From Octopus vulgaris (lineage: Eukaryota): a DNA stretch of 64,000 nucleotides. Location of the stretch: positions 24,490,001 through 24,554,000 of the forward strand of contig OX597837.1 in assembly GCA_951406725.2 (NCBI GenBank). The letters are read 5' to 3'. Within the stretch, counting starts at the first letter, position 1. Every line of letters starts with the position of its first letter. Shown here one piece after another: positions 1 to 10,889 of the stretch. The notes beneath the pieces were generated by a model that saw only the letters and a list, made by a program, of their open reading frames with translations, searched no databases and was not told the DNA's origin. The position numbers were made by a program, and so were the translations under genes.

Positions 1-536
1 TACCCGTGGCCCCTACCTGGGACGTAGTCAGTCCACCTGTGCATACCTTCCTTCTTGGGACACATAACTCTACTTGTGAAGACCTGCTGAGGCAAGTGAA
101 AATCAAAAAATCAAATCAACATCAATGGAATTTGTAGTTGTGGTACCAGTGCCGGTGGCACATAAGAGAACCATCCGAAGGTGGCCGTAGCCAGCACCAC
201 ATCGACTGGCCTCCGTGCTGGTGGCATGTAACAAACACCATCCGATCGTGGCTGTTGCCAGCCTCGCCTGGCCTCCGCGATGGTGGCACGTAAAAAGCAC
301 CATCTGAGCGTGGCCGTTTGCCAGCCTCGTCTGGCATCTGTGTCGGTGGCACATAAAAAGCACCCACTACACTCATGGAGTGGTTGGCGTTAGGAAGGGC
401 ATCCAGTTGTAGAAACACTGCCAGATCTGACTGACCTGGTGCAGCCTTCGGGCTTCCCAGACCCCAGTTGAAACGTCCAACCCATGCTAGCATGGAAAGC
501 GGACGCTAAACGATGATGATGATGATGATGATGATG
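1..536 (+). mobile_element. RTE-type LINE 3' tail / derived SINE with tandem ~60-nt internal units and (GAT)n tail
   Basis: Four GTGCNGGTGGCAY-purine tract-CACC type units, then GGAGTGGTTGGCGTTAGGAAGGGCATCCAG..., ending in (GAT)n 512-536. Many homologous copies in window. Confidence 0.75.
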
Positions 537-889
537 AAGTAAAAGAATATAAGTAAAAGAGTAAACTTGTAAGACCGGTAAGGGTTGGCAACAGGGAGAG
601 CATCCCACTGTAAAACATTGTCTAAAATAATTATGTCCAGCCCACACGAGCATTATGAGAAATGTTTTGATAAAATAAGTACCAGTAATTGTTGGGGGTT
701 GATGAAATCAGCTGCAACCCGCCTCCACAGCTTTTGCTTATGTGTCAATGTCGAAAATCTATTTTTTTTTTATATTTATTTAATTTTTTTATTTATTTTT
801 ATCTATGTTGTCCCTTGAGTGATGTTGAAAATAGCTTTTCATTGGCTGGTTTTTACTTCCTTTTCATCTGTACACAAGCCACCTTCGAC

Positions 890-1330
890 CACCACTAAAT
901 ACTACCACCACCATCATCATCATCATCATCACCACCATTATCACCACTACCATCATCATCATTGCCATCATCATCATCATCAATACTGCTGTCATCACCA
1001 CAACCTGTTACAAAGTTCTATGTAGGTGTTGGTGGTGGTAGAGGTTGTGGCGGCGACAGTGGCTATAGCAGCGGTGGTGATGGTGGTGGCGGTGGCGATA
1101 GTGGCGGTGGTGGCGGTGGTAATGGCAGGCCATTTAGTGTGACATAATGCAGAGGGAGTGATGACGTATCGTGGCATAGGTAACAGGGTGAGGAGAAGAA
1201 ATGGCGAGAGTGGGGGGTGTGGGGGAACCAGGTGTGCGGGGGGGGAACCAGGTGGGAGTGGGGTGGAAGGGTAGTGGTGAGGTAAGGAAAGGTGGGGTGA
1301 AAGGTTGTTGGAAGAGAAGTGGTGGTGAGA
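890..1330. repeat. (CAY)n and (GGT/GGC)n trinucleotide repeats followed by a G-run tract
   Basis: Directly visible. Further simple repeats at 1338-1402, 1790-2025, 2133-2201, 6300-6425, 24157-24250. Confidence 0.9.
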
Positions 1331-1342
1331 GATGGACATATA

Positions 1343-1405
<63 letters not shown>

Positions 1406-1947
1406 AAAAGAGAAAGGTGATTTGGTGTTTGTTGTGTGTGGGAAGGACCTTTCTGACGTCATTGGCATCGATTGTGAACAGGTGGCAGGATCTCTGGCGG
1501 TTTGTTTCTTGTACTGTTTGTTGTTGTGTTGGCCAAAGCCAGGCCTGATCGAGATGATCTATCACCAAAAATCTTCCCACTAATAATATGCATAATATCT
1601 TTTATTTGAAGAAACTTTCAGGCAAAGTTTATCACGAGTTACACTGTCCAACGTGTCCTTCCTTTTGTGAAGGCAGCAGGATGTAATTTGAGAGACAGGT
1701 GAAAGTTGGCTATTATTTCTAGTAGGCCCAGTGACCACGTACTGGTTCGGTTCCCTTACTTGACAAAGTAGTTTATAGTTGTGATAGTGTTGATGTTGTT
1801 GTTGTTATTGTTGTTGTAGGTTTAGGGGATATGTTCATGGTGGTGATGGTGGTGGTGTTGATGGTGGTGGTGTTGATGGTGGTGGTAGTGGTGGTGGTGG
1901 TGGTGAAGGTTGTGAGAATGTTAGGTGGAAGTATAACTGAGTGTGTG

Positions 1948-1992
<45 letters not shown>

Positions 1993-2151
1993 TGTGTGTA
2001 TGTGTGTATGTGTATGTGTGTGTGCGCATGAAGTTTTGTGCGGGATAAATGTATTTATTGTACTAATCTAATAATAGCAGCAATGTAAGAAAAGGGGAAA
2101 ATCAAATGTGGATAGAAAACGGTATTTTGTGCCCTCCTCCTCCTCCTCCTC

Positions 2152-2202
<51 letters not shown>

Positions 2203-2694
2203 ATAACAACATTTAACATCCATCTTCCATACTGGCATGGGTTGGAGATGGTTTGACAGGAACTGGCAAGGCTAGGGGCCCACACCAGGTTCCATAGTCT
2301 GTTTTGGCTTGGTTTCTATGGCCGGGTGCCCTTCCTAATGCCAACCATTCCACAGAATGTACTGGGTGCTTTTTTGCGTGGCACCATCATCACTGCTATT
2401 TATGTCACACCACCAACATCAATACTTTTGACGTGGAACCAGCACCAACACCAATGCTTTTCAAGTGGCACCCTGGTTTTAGGATCTCAATTCTGTTGTG
2501 GTGGGTGGGTCTACTCGAGTACAGCAATGCACCACCGTCTCACATTAACACTACACACTAGCCCTATGATTCGAATAACAAAACATCTTTAGTATTATGT
2601 CTTTTATAGCAACCTTCATCATCATCTTTATATGTTGGACAGGTTGGCACAGTTTCAGTCAGCTTTTGTTTGGGGTTAAGGGTATCACAAAAGT

Positions 2695-3079
2695 GTGGAG
2701 GCGCAATGGCCCAGTGGTTAGGGCAGTGGACTCGCGGTCGTAGGATCGCGGTTTCGATTCCCAGACCGGGCGTTGTGAGTGTTTATTGAGCGAAAACACC
2801 TAAAAGATCCACGAGGCTCCGGCTGGGATGGTGGTGATCCCTGCTGTACTCTTTCACCACAACTTTCTCTCACTCTTACTTTCTGTTTCTGTTGTACCTG
2901 TATTTCAAAGAGCCGGCCTTGTCACTCTCTGTGTCACGCTGAATATCCCCGAGAACTGCGTTAAGAGTACACGTGTCTGTGGAGTGCTCAGCCACTTACA
3001 CATTAATTTCACGAGCAGGCTGTTCCGTTGATCGGATCAACCGGAACCCTCGTCGTCATAACCGACGGAGTGCTTCCAC
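2695..3079 (+). mobile_element. tRNA-derived SINE (head A + tail 1), full length
   Basis: A-box TGGCCCAGTGG and B-box-like GTTTCGATTCC. Flanked by 11-bp TSD ATCACAAAAGT (2684-2694 / 3080-3090). Confidence 0.9.
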
Positions 3080-3455
3080 ATCACAAAAGTCCTAGTTGGA
3101 GACCTGATCTTCAAAGTTCTTTTACAGGGCTTAGAAAAGCTCAAGGACCACTGTAATAAGTGTGTGAATCTGAGAGGGGAACATGTTGAATAAAATCGTA
3201 ATTAACTGATCGTTCTGTATTTTCTTTTACCCAAAGCCAGGAACTCCTTTCCATCTTAGCTTGGTTCCTATGATCCATGCCCTTCTTCACACCAATCACT
3301 TTGTACAAGGGTGTATTTCTCTTTGTGGCATCAACTCTAGAGGGTTGTAATGTCCTCAACAAGACTAAGGATCCTCTCAACCTTATAATGTCATGTGCTC
3401 ATCAACTTTACTTGGAGTACTGGATTCACTTTATCATAACAATTATGGGGTTATA

Positions 3456-3995
3456 GGCGCAGGAGTGGCTGTGTGGTAAGTAGCTTGTGTACCAACCACA
3501 CGATTCCGGGTTCGGTACCACTGTGTGGCACCTTGGACAAGTGTCTTCTGCTATAGCCTCAGGCCGACCAAAGCCTTGTGAATGGATTTGTAGATGGAAA
3601 CTGAAAGAAGCCTGTCGTATATATGTATATGTATATATATGTGTATGTTTGTGTGTCTGTGTTTGTCCCCCCAACATCATTTGACAACCGATGCTGGTGT
3701 GTTTACATCCCTGTAACTTAGCGGTTCGGCAAAAGTGACTGATAGAATAAGTACTAGGCTTACAAAGAATAAGTCTTGGGGGTTGATTTGCTTGACTAAA
3801 GCCTTGTGAGTGGATTTGGTAGATGGAAACTGAAAGAAGCCCATCATGTATAATATATATATATAAGTTTGTCTGTGTGTATCTTTGTGTATGTGTTTGT
3901 CCCCCACCACCGCTTGACAACTGATGTTGGTATGTTTATCTCCCTATAACTTAGCAGTCTGGCAAACGAAACTGATAGAATAAGTACCAGGCTTT
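3456..3995 (+). mobile_element. Abundant tRNA-like SINE with internal (TA)/(TG) microsatellite; body partly duplicated here
   Basis: GGCGCAGGAGTGGCTGTGTGGTAAG head and GGAAACTGAAAGAAGCC core. Other copies at about 7953-8374(-), 14801-15208(-), 16395-16560(-), 18971-19377(-), 25677-26030(+), 33200-33530(+), 34078-34450(+), 42812-43130(+), 56317-56730(+), 60968-61360(+). Confidence 0.85.
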
Positions 3996-4004
3996 ATAGT
4001 GATA

Positions 4005-4338
4005 GTGACCCCCTTCGGTCAGACACTGACCATGGGTTTGCACCTAGAGAGTTACTCTCTGAGGCACAAGTCTGGGCAAGGTTGTTTCATGGAAGACCAG
4101 CAGTCGCCCATGCATACCGGCCTCCCCTCTCCATGTCACCGATGTTGTCCAAGGGGAAGGCAAGGGCCGATACAGCTTGGCACCTGTGACGTCGCAACTC
4201 ATTTCTACAGCTGAGTGAACTGGAACAACGTGAAATAAAGTGTCTTGCTCAAGAACACAACACGCAGCCTGGTCCAGGATTCGAGCTCACAACCTCACGA
4301 TCGTAAGCTCGATGCTCTAACCACTGAGCCACGCGCCT
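4005..4338 (-). mobile_element. tRNA-derived SINE, third family
   Basis: Head GGCGCGTGGCTCAGTGGTTAGAGC...TCGAATCC on the - strand. Homologues at about 22120-22455(+), 26300-26568(-), 45285-45620(+). Confidence 0.8.
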
Positions 4339-4561
4339 TATAGCACTAATAATAAGTATTGGGGTCCATAAATTTGACTAAAATTCTTCAAGGTAGTGTC
4401 CCAGTATGGCCACAGTCAAATGATAAACAAGTAAAAGATAAAAGATTTCATTTTAATATTGTTAGTTTTATTATTCATTGTTATTTTTTCTTTAATGTTA
4501 TAATTGTTATTTGTTTAAATTTAAATTTATTAAATTTTTATTATATTTTCTCTATTTTCAG

Positions 4562-5635
4562 CATCTCCACGGTATCCGTCTTCTAAGTTCTTCCCTTCAA
4601 AAGCTCTATCTTTACAATTTGTGGAATGTCGTGTTTGTCAGCGTCGAAGCCGACTCTTTACGTGTGACAGAAATCGACTATGGTCTAGAATCAATCGAAC
4701 ATTTGGAGCTGTTCTCATCCAAACTTCGCCGGGTGGCTGTCAATGGCAGTGATGTGTTACGGACACTAAATATTCGTAGTCAACGCCTCACCATACTGGA
4801 ATTATCTTACTGTGAAGAAATCGAAATGAATAGCTTCAAAGAAACGCTTCAAAATAATCCTTCGATTATCTGCTTGAAACTTGGTTGTATTTCACAAGAC
4901 AGCTTGACTTTAGATGAATTTACCATTCCTAATGTACAAGAACTGTGTCTGTTGGCTGATTTTGCTTGTGAAACACTTCACATAAGAAGCCCTACCTTAC
5001 GTCTACTCCACACAGAATCGGAGAGTGATATTATTACAGTGAGTCATGTCTATATCATAGCTAACCATTTATGTAAAGTAGCTTTGATAGGTCTACCTTC
5101 ATTAAAGACAATGACTATCCAGTGCGTCAGTGTAGATTCCATAGAACTCAACCTCTGTAGTGATGATCAACTGGTGTTAGATTCTTGTGTCATCCAAGCT
5201 CTCACGGCCGTTGGTTTCTTACGATTCTTTGACTGTAAACTCAACTTGCTTTCTATCTGCACTCCCTTAGCAAGAACTATTGTCCTTTATCGTTGCCAAA
5301 TGACAGATTATGTCCTGCAGATGGCGTTGATTGGCTGTTCAAACATAGCACATTTGAATTTGGAGAAATGTCGCAATCTGGAAAAAGTCGCAATCCAACA
5401 GTGTTTGCTGCGCTATTTAAACATGTTTGGCTGCAATCAGTTGCAGCAGCTGTATCTTGACTGTCCAGAACTCTTAGCTCTAAATCTTGGTGAATGTGCA
5501 GAAAGTATACGGTTATTCCTGAAAGGAATAGAACAAGATTTAACTGAACTTTGTTGCCAAAAATATGTAGTTTTTCCGCATGAATCAGTTAGATGGACAC
5601 ACAGTTTTCCTCCTCAGATTTATGCTTTCAACTAA
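4562..5635 (+). CDS. Terminal coding exon of a Cys-containing leucine-rich-repeat protein (likely F-box/LRR family); upstream exons not found in window
   Basis: Pyrimidine tract plus CAG acceptor ending at 4561. Open frame of 357 codons HLHGIRL...PPQIYAFN to TAA 5633-5635. Repeated LxxLxLxxC motifs (LTILELSYC, IAHLNLEKCRNL, LRYLNMFGCNQL, LLALNLGEC). The F-box itself is not in the window, so the family call is inference. Confidence 0.85.
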   Translation, partial: HLHGIRLLSSSLQKLYLYNLWNVVFVSVEADSLRVTEIDYGLESIEHLELFSSKLRRVAVNGSDVLRTLNIRSQRLTILELSYCEEIEMNSFKETLQNNPSIICLKLGCISQDSLTLDEFTIPNVQELCLLADFACETLHIRSPTLRLLHTESESDIITVSHVYIIANHLCKVALIGLPSLKTMTIQCVSVDSIELNLCSDDQLVLDSCVIQALTAVGFLRFFDCKLNLLSICTPLARTIVLYRCQMTDYVLQMALIGCSNIAHLNLEKCRNLEKVAIQQCLLRYLNMFGCNQLQQLYLDCPELLALNLGECAESIRLFLKGIEQDLTELCCQKYVVFPHESVRWTHSFPPQIYAFN

Positions 5636-5692
5636 TTTATTTGAGGAGAGAAAATATTTCTTTAGGAAATCTAATATATTTTCATTTCAGTT

Positions 5693-5703
5693 ATTAAAAT
5701 AAA
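5693..5703 (+). promoter_or_regulatory. Candidate polyadenylation signal of the LRR gene
   Basis: Overlapping ATTAAA (5693-5698) and AATAAA (5698-5703) about 60 nt after the stop, followed by GT-rich sequence. Confidence 0.5.
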
Positions 5704-5979
5704 ACAGTTGTGGAATTGGTGAGTTAAGTAAATGTAGCATTTAAGCAGAATAGATTACACTTGTATGTAAGGAAGGTTGAAGGAACGGTTGATGCTGAGT
5801 ATCTAATATAGCTGTGATGTGACCCCACAACTATGATGTGTGTGTGTGTGTGTATTTATGCATGTGTGCGTGTATATATATTTACACACACACACATATG
5901 TATGCATGGTGCATGTATATATGTATTTATATATGTAGTCTTGTACAGTGACCTGACAACTATTAATTATATATATATA

Positions 5980-6296
5980 AAAAGATAAACGTCACCCTTT
6001 TCAAGCCTAGCCAGGCTCATGGACCCGGTTTCCCGGTTTCTGTGGCGTATGTGTTCCCCTCAGCTGGACGGGACGCTAATCCATCACAGCGTTACTCAAG
6101 AAACAGGAAGAGAGAGTGAGAGAAAGTTGTGGCGAAAGAGTACAACAGAGGTCACCACCATCCCCCTGCTGGAGCCTCATGGAGCTTTTAGGTGTTTTCG
6201 TTCAGTAAACACACACAACGCCCAGTCTGGGAATCGAAACCGCGATCCTCCGACTGCGAGTCCGCTTCCCTAACCACTGGGCCATTGCACCTCCAC
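5980..6296 (-). mobile_element. tRNA-derived SINE (head A + tail 2)
   Basis: Same ~185-nt head as the 2695 copy, but an unrelated 3' half. Confidence 0.8.
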
Positions 6297-6344
<48 letters not shown>

Positions 6345-6425
6345 GTATGTAAATGTATGTATGTATGTATGTATGTATGTATGTATGTATGTATATGTAT
6401 GTATGTATGTATATGTATGTATGTA

Positions 6426-6787
6426 TCTCTCTATATATAAACGGCAGTTTGTCTGTGTGTGTTTCTGTGTGTCTGTTAGGTTGTACCCTCACACTGACCA
6501 CGGCTTTCAACCGATTCTGATGAAACTTGACACACACATAGCCCAATGTCATAATTCAAAACTAACGCAGCGAAAATTTTGAAAAGTTCCCCCAGTTCTG
6601 AAAAAAATCGATAAATTCGACATGGGGTCGAGAATCACAAACACAAACCACAGACGCAACTCGACCTTTTTAACTAAAAAAAAATTTACCATCATTTTTT
6701 TTTTCCCATTTTTTGGCTATAACTCTCTAAAAATGCTTTATAGTTATTTCCCTTACAAACCCGAGCAACGCCGGGCGATACTGCTAG
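6426..6787 (+). mobile_element. Non-autonomous Helitron
   Basis: A|TCTCTCTATATATAAA 5' end, subterminal hairpin CCCG-AGCAACGC-CGGG (6760-6775), CTAG|T 3' end, no TSD, inserted in a TA/TATG microsatellite. Confidence 0.8.
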
Positions 6788-8573
6788 TGTATATATATGT
6801 ATGTATGTATATATATATATATATAGTCATACAATAATCCTAAATTATGACTTCACAGCTACTGGTGTTTATGCAGTAAATCTTCAGCTATTGCGTAATG
6901 ATTTCACAAATCACTTCTGTGTAGTATCTCTACAGCTGTAAAATAAGGGATTTCAAAATAGACCAGTAACTACAGAGATGTTATGTAAGGATTCTACAAG
7001 TGTCTCTTGTATATGAACTTCACAATTTCCACCAATTGATCCAGTGTCATTTAGGAATGGTCATATAAACGATCCAGTGTCACATATACAGAAACACATG
7101 AGATGAATTAACACAAAATGAATCTGGAAAAATAATTTCGTGTCCTTCAAACCAAACTTACAGGATAATACTTCAATAGTAATGAGATGCATGAGAATTT
7201 AAAGAAGCTATTTTTTTTTTTCACAACTGATAACATAAGAATCCTTCCTTATTTATACACCAATGTAAAGATGACCAAAAATGGAGTAAAGATACAGAGA
7301 AAATGAGAGAGAGAGAGAATGTGTGTGCATGTAGGACAAGGAATGATGATAGCCAATTACCAATTTTTCATGAAGCGTATGCACCAAATTTACTTATAGG
7401 GTTGGCAGGCTGATGATAAGGACCCCAAAATCCAAAATGTATAATATTTTTGACACTTGTCATAGGCTTTTTAGGAGGAGGGGTTCCTTATAAATGGGAA
7501 TAGCCTAAGGTTTCTCTTCACTTTAATCCAGCACAGTGTAGCAGGAACTATGCAATGGTTATAGAGAGTCCAAGAAGAGAAGTGATGGCTTTCATTACAG
7601 CTTTAAATAAATGGTTTAGTTCTTTTTAAGTATTATTTTGAACCCCGTTATCTGCTATCCAAAATGTCTTTCAAATTTATCAAGCCATCTTCTAATGCCA
7701 GTAAAAACATGTTAATACCATGTTTAAATCAGATATTTGAATCTCGCAAAGCAATTCAGGGAGACTTAATTGAAGACTTTAAAATTGTCATCGTTATCAA
7801 CATCATTGTTTTTAATATTCGTTCAACGGATGCAGGCATCGGTTGAGTGCACACCAGAAACATCTCCATAAAACCAACTACAATAAAATTCTTTGAAAAA
7901 TATTAACTGTTACCGATTTTTTTTTCATTTGTGAAATGTGCTTAAATATATATACTCTTTACTCTTACTCTTTTACTTGTTTCAGTTATTTGACTGTGGC
8001 CATGCTGGAGCACTGACTTTAGTCGAGTAAATCGACCCCAGGACTTATTCTTTGTAAGCCTAGTACTTATTCTATCGGTCTCTTTTGCCGAACCGCTAAG
8101 TTACAGGGACGTAAACACGCCAGCATCGGTTGTCAAGCGATGTGGGGGGGGGGGGACAAACACAGACACACAAACACACACACAAATATATATATATATA
8201 TACATATATGCGACGGGCTTCTTTCAGTTTCCGCCTACTAAATCCACTCACAAGGCCTTAGTCGGCCCGAGGCTATAGCAGAAGACACTTGCCCAAGATG
8301 CCACGCAGTGGGACTGAACCCGGAACCATGTGGTTGGTAAGCAAGCTACTTACCACACAGTCACTCCTACGCCTATATACATACACACACATCGTTATCA
8401 TCATATAACCTTTTAACATTCAGATTGCTCTGTCAAATGTAAAGCTTATTTATTCATATTGTTTTGAATTAATTATGCATTGTCTTGTAGCTTTGTGATT
8501 TCAGTGATGTGATTGTATATTCTAAGAATGACATAGCATGAATGTGAGAGGCTGGAGCTGACCAGTTTGAATA

Positions 8574-8865
8574 TACCGTAAATCCTCGAGTATAATCTGC
8601 ATTTTTTTCCCAAAATTTAAAGGTCAAAATCCCTAGTGCATACTATATACGAGGTTAAAAATGAAAAATATTTTCTAAGCAATGTCCGAGTCTCTATTTG
8701 CTGTCTGGCAATGTTTATTCAGATGCATTTTGTGATGTAGGGCGCGAAAATACCTTAAGCTAAGCCTGAAAGCAATGAAATCATAAAAGAATCATTCATT
8801 AGCAACATTTATTAAACGTTATTACTGTTATTTCTTTAATTTCTGCAAACAAAATGCACAAAAAG
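8574..8865. mobile_element. Tc1/pogo-like DNA transposon end fragment
   Basis: Begins TACCGTAAATCCTCGAGTATAA, a typical TcMar terminal motif, with internal TATATACGAGG echo. Other end not seen. Confidence 0.5.
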
Positions 8866-9044
8866 AGACCAATAGAATAAGTACTAGGCTTACAAAGAAT
8901 AAGCTATGGGGTTGATTTGCTTGACTCAAGGCGGTGCTCCAGCATGGCTACAGTCAAATGACTGAAACAATTAAGAGTAATATATTTATAAAGAAATATT
9001 TATTGTGTAATTAGCACAATTGTAATTAATTACAATTTGTGTAA

Positions 9045-9354
9045 TTGTGGTACGTAAAAAGCACTATCCGAATCGTGGCCGATGCCAGCACCGCCTCGAC
9101 TGGCTTCCGTGCCAGTGGCACGTAAATTGCACCAATCTGACCGTAGCCATTGCCAGCCTCGCCTGGTACCTGTGCGGGTGGCACGTAAAAAGCACCCACT
9201 ACACTCACGGAGTGGTTGGCGTTAGGAAGGGCATCCAGCTGTAGAAACATTGCCAGATAAGACTGGAGCCTGGTGCAGCCTTCTGGCTTCCCAGATCCCC
9301 GGTCGAACTGTCCAACCCATGCTAGCATGGAGAACGGACGTTAAACGATGATGA
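9045..9354 (+). mobile_element. Copy of the RTE-tail/SINE family
   Basis: Same core and GAT tail as 1-536. Further copies at about 17005-17262(+), 19926-20226(-), 24960-25174(+), 32452-32805(+), 38290-38614(+), 47167-47450(-), 55488-55773(-), plus older degenerate copies. Confidence 0.8.
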
Positions 9355-9807
9355 GCATCAATCTAAAGCAGAGATTGGTCCATCGGTTCTTGTTCAATAG
9401 TCCAACCCGTGCCAGCATGGAGAACAGGCATCAAACAATGAAGATGTTGTTATATTCCACATGAAACGCTACATGTTAGTTGTTCTATGTTCAAAAAAGA
9501 ATTATATTGTTGCAACCGTCAACAGTTGTCCTTAATTTCATTAAAATGGACATAAATTATATTGATGCTGTTCTCATTGATTTCTTTGTACAATTTCATT
9601 TGTAAAACTGTTAAATTTCAACAATAAGTATTCAGTTGGTTGATCAACGGAGTTACCTGCTCATTAAATTAGCATTTAAGTGGCTGAATATTCAACAGGT
9701 ATGTTTATCATTATCATTAATGTAATCCTTAGGTAGAACAAGTGTGACAAGGTTGCCCCTTAAGAATTATAGACACAATTAACCTGAAGGGATTCTATTC
9801 AGTTTCT

Positions 9808-10549
9808 TATTTCTTTATTGCCCACAAGGGGCTAAACACAGAGGGGACAAACAAGGACAGACAAAGGGGTTAAGTCGATTGCATCGACCCCAGTGCGTAA
9901 CTGGTACTTAATTTATCGACCCCGAAAAGATGAAAGGCAAAGTTGACCTCAGAACGTAACAGCAGATGAAATACCTGTTTCTTTATTACCCACAGGGGGG
10001 ACAAACAAGGACAGACAAAGGGGTTAAGTCGATTACATCAACCCCAGTGCATAACTGGTACTTAATTTATCGACCCCGAAAGGATGAAAGGCAAAGTCGA
10101 CCTCAGCAGAATTTGAACTCAGAACATAACAGCAGACGAAATACCTGTTTCTTTATTACCCACAAGGGGCTAAACACAGAGGGGACAAACAAGGACAGAC
10201 AAAGGGGTTAAGTCGATTACATCGACCCCAGTGCGTAACTGGTACTTAATTTATCGACCCCGAAAGGATGAAAGGCAAAGTCGACCTCAGCAAAATTTGA
10301 ACTCAGAACATAACAGCAGACGAAATACCTGTTTCTTTATTACCCACAAGGGGCTAAACACAGAGGGGACAAACAAGGACAGACAAAGGGGTTAAGTCGA
10401 TAATATCGACCCCAGTGCATGACTGGTACTTAATTTATCGATGACAGGCAAAGTCGACCTCGGCGGAATTTGAACTCAGAACATAATGGCAGACTAAATA
10501 CCGCTAAGTATTTCACTTGGTGTGCTAACGTTTCTGCCAGCTCGCCGCC
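9808..10549 (-). mobile_element. CORE-like SINE tetramer (one head + four body/tail units)
   Basis: Four ~175-bp units containing CCTTTCATCCTTTCGGGGTCGATAAATTAAGTACCAG (- strand). 15-bp TSD TTCTATTCAGTTTCT at 9793-9807 / 10550-10564. Confidence 0.88.
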
Positions 10550-10821
10550 TTCTATTCAGTTTCTGTCACCTCCATTCACAAGACTTGGATTGACTCAAGG
10601 CAATGGCAAAAAACATTTTTTTGCAAGGCACCAGCCAATGGAATTGAAACAAAGACCAAGTGATTGCAAAACAAGCATCTTAACCATTTGACCACACTGC
10701 TATACTCCCATTCTACAGAAAATCTGTATATTAGTAGAAAGCTTGGACTTTGTAGATTCAAAATAAATAAAGAAGGAAATTATAAGTCCAATAAATATGC
10801 CAGATTGTTCAAATGATTTAA

Positions 10822-10889
10822 CTATTGAATGAATCTATTGAATGAAACTATTGAATGAATCTATTGAATGAATCTATTGAATGAAACTA
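10822..10889. repeat. 13-bp tandem repeat x5
   Basis: CTATTGAATGAA(T/A) repeated five times. Confidence 0.9.

Noticed and set aside
122-493. Recurrent ORF family MLAWVG...LQLDALPNANH (also at 9026, 24862, 41542, 47195, 55535)
   Set aside because: Antisense reading of the RTE-tail/SINE repeat; frames and lengths differ among copies.
819-1580. Poly-His, poly-Gly and poly-Pro ORFs
   Set aside because: Trinucleotide repeats and G-runs; no splice or homology support.
2697-2772. tRNA-like sequences with A and B boxes (also 14001, 4260-4338, 22120, 10480-10549)
   Set aside because: They lack a complete cloverleaf and continue into SINE bodies with TSDs, so they are SINE heads, not tRNA genes.
9808-10549. 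Regularly spaced repeats as a possible CRISPR array
   Set aside because: Units are wholly repeated with no unique spacers; eukaryotic context, no cas genes.
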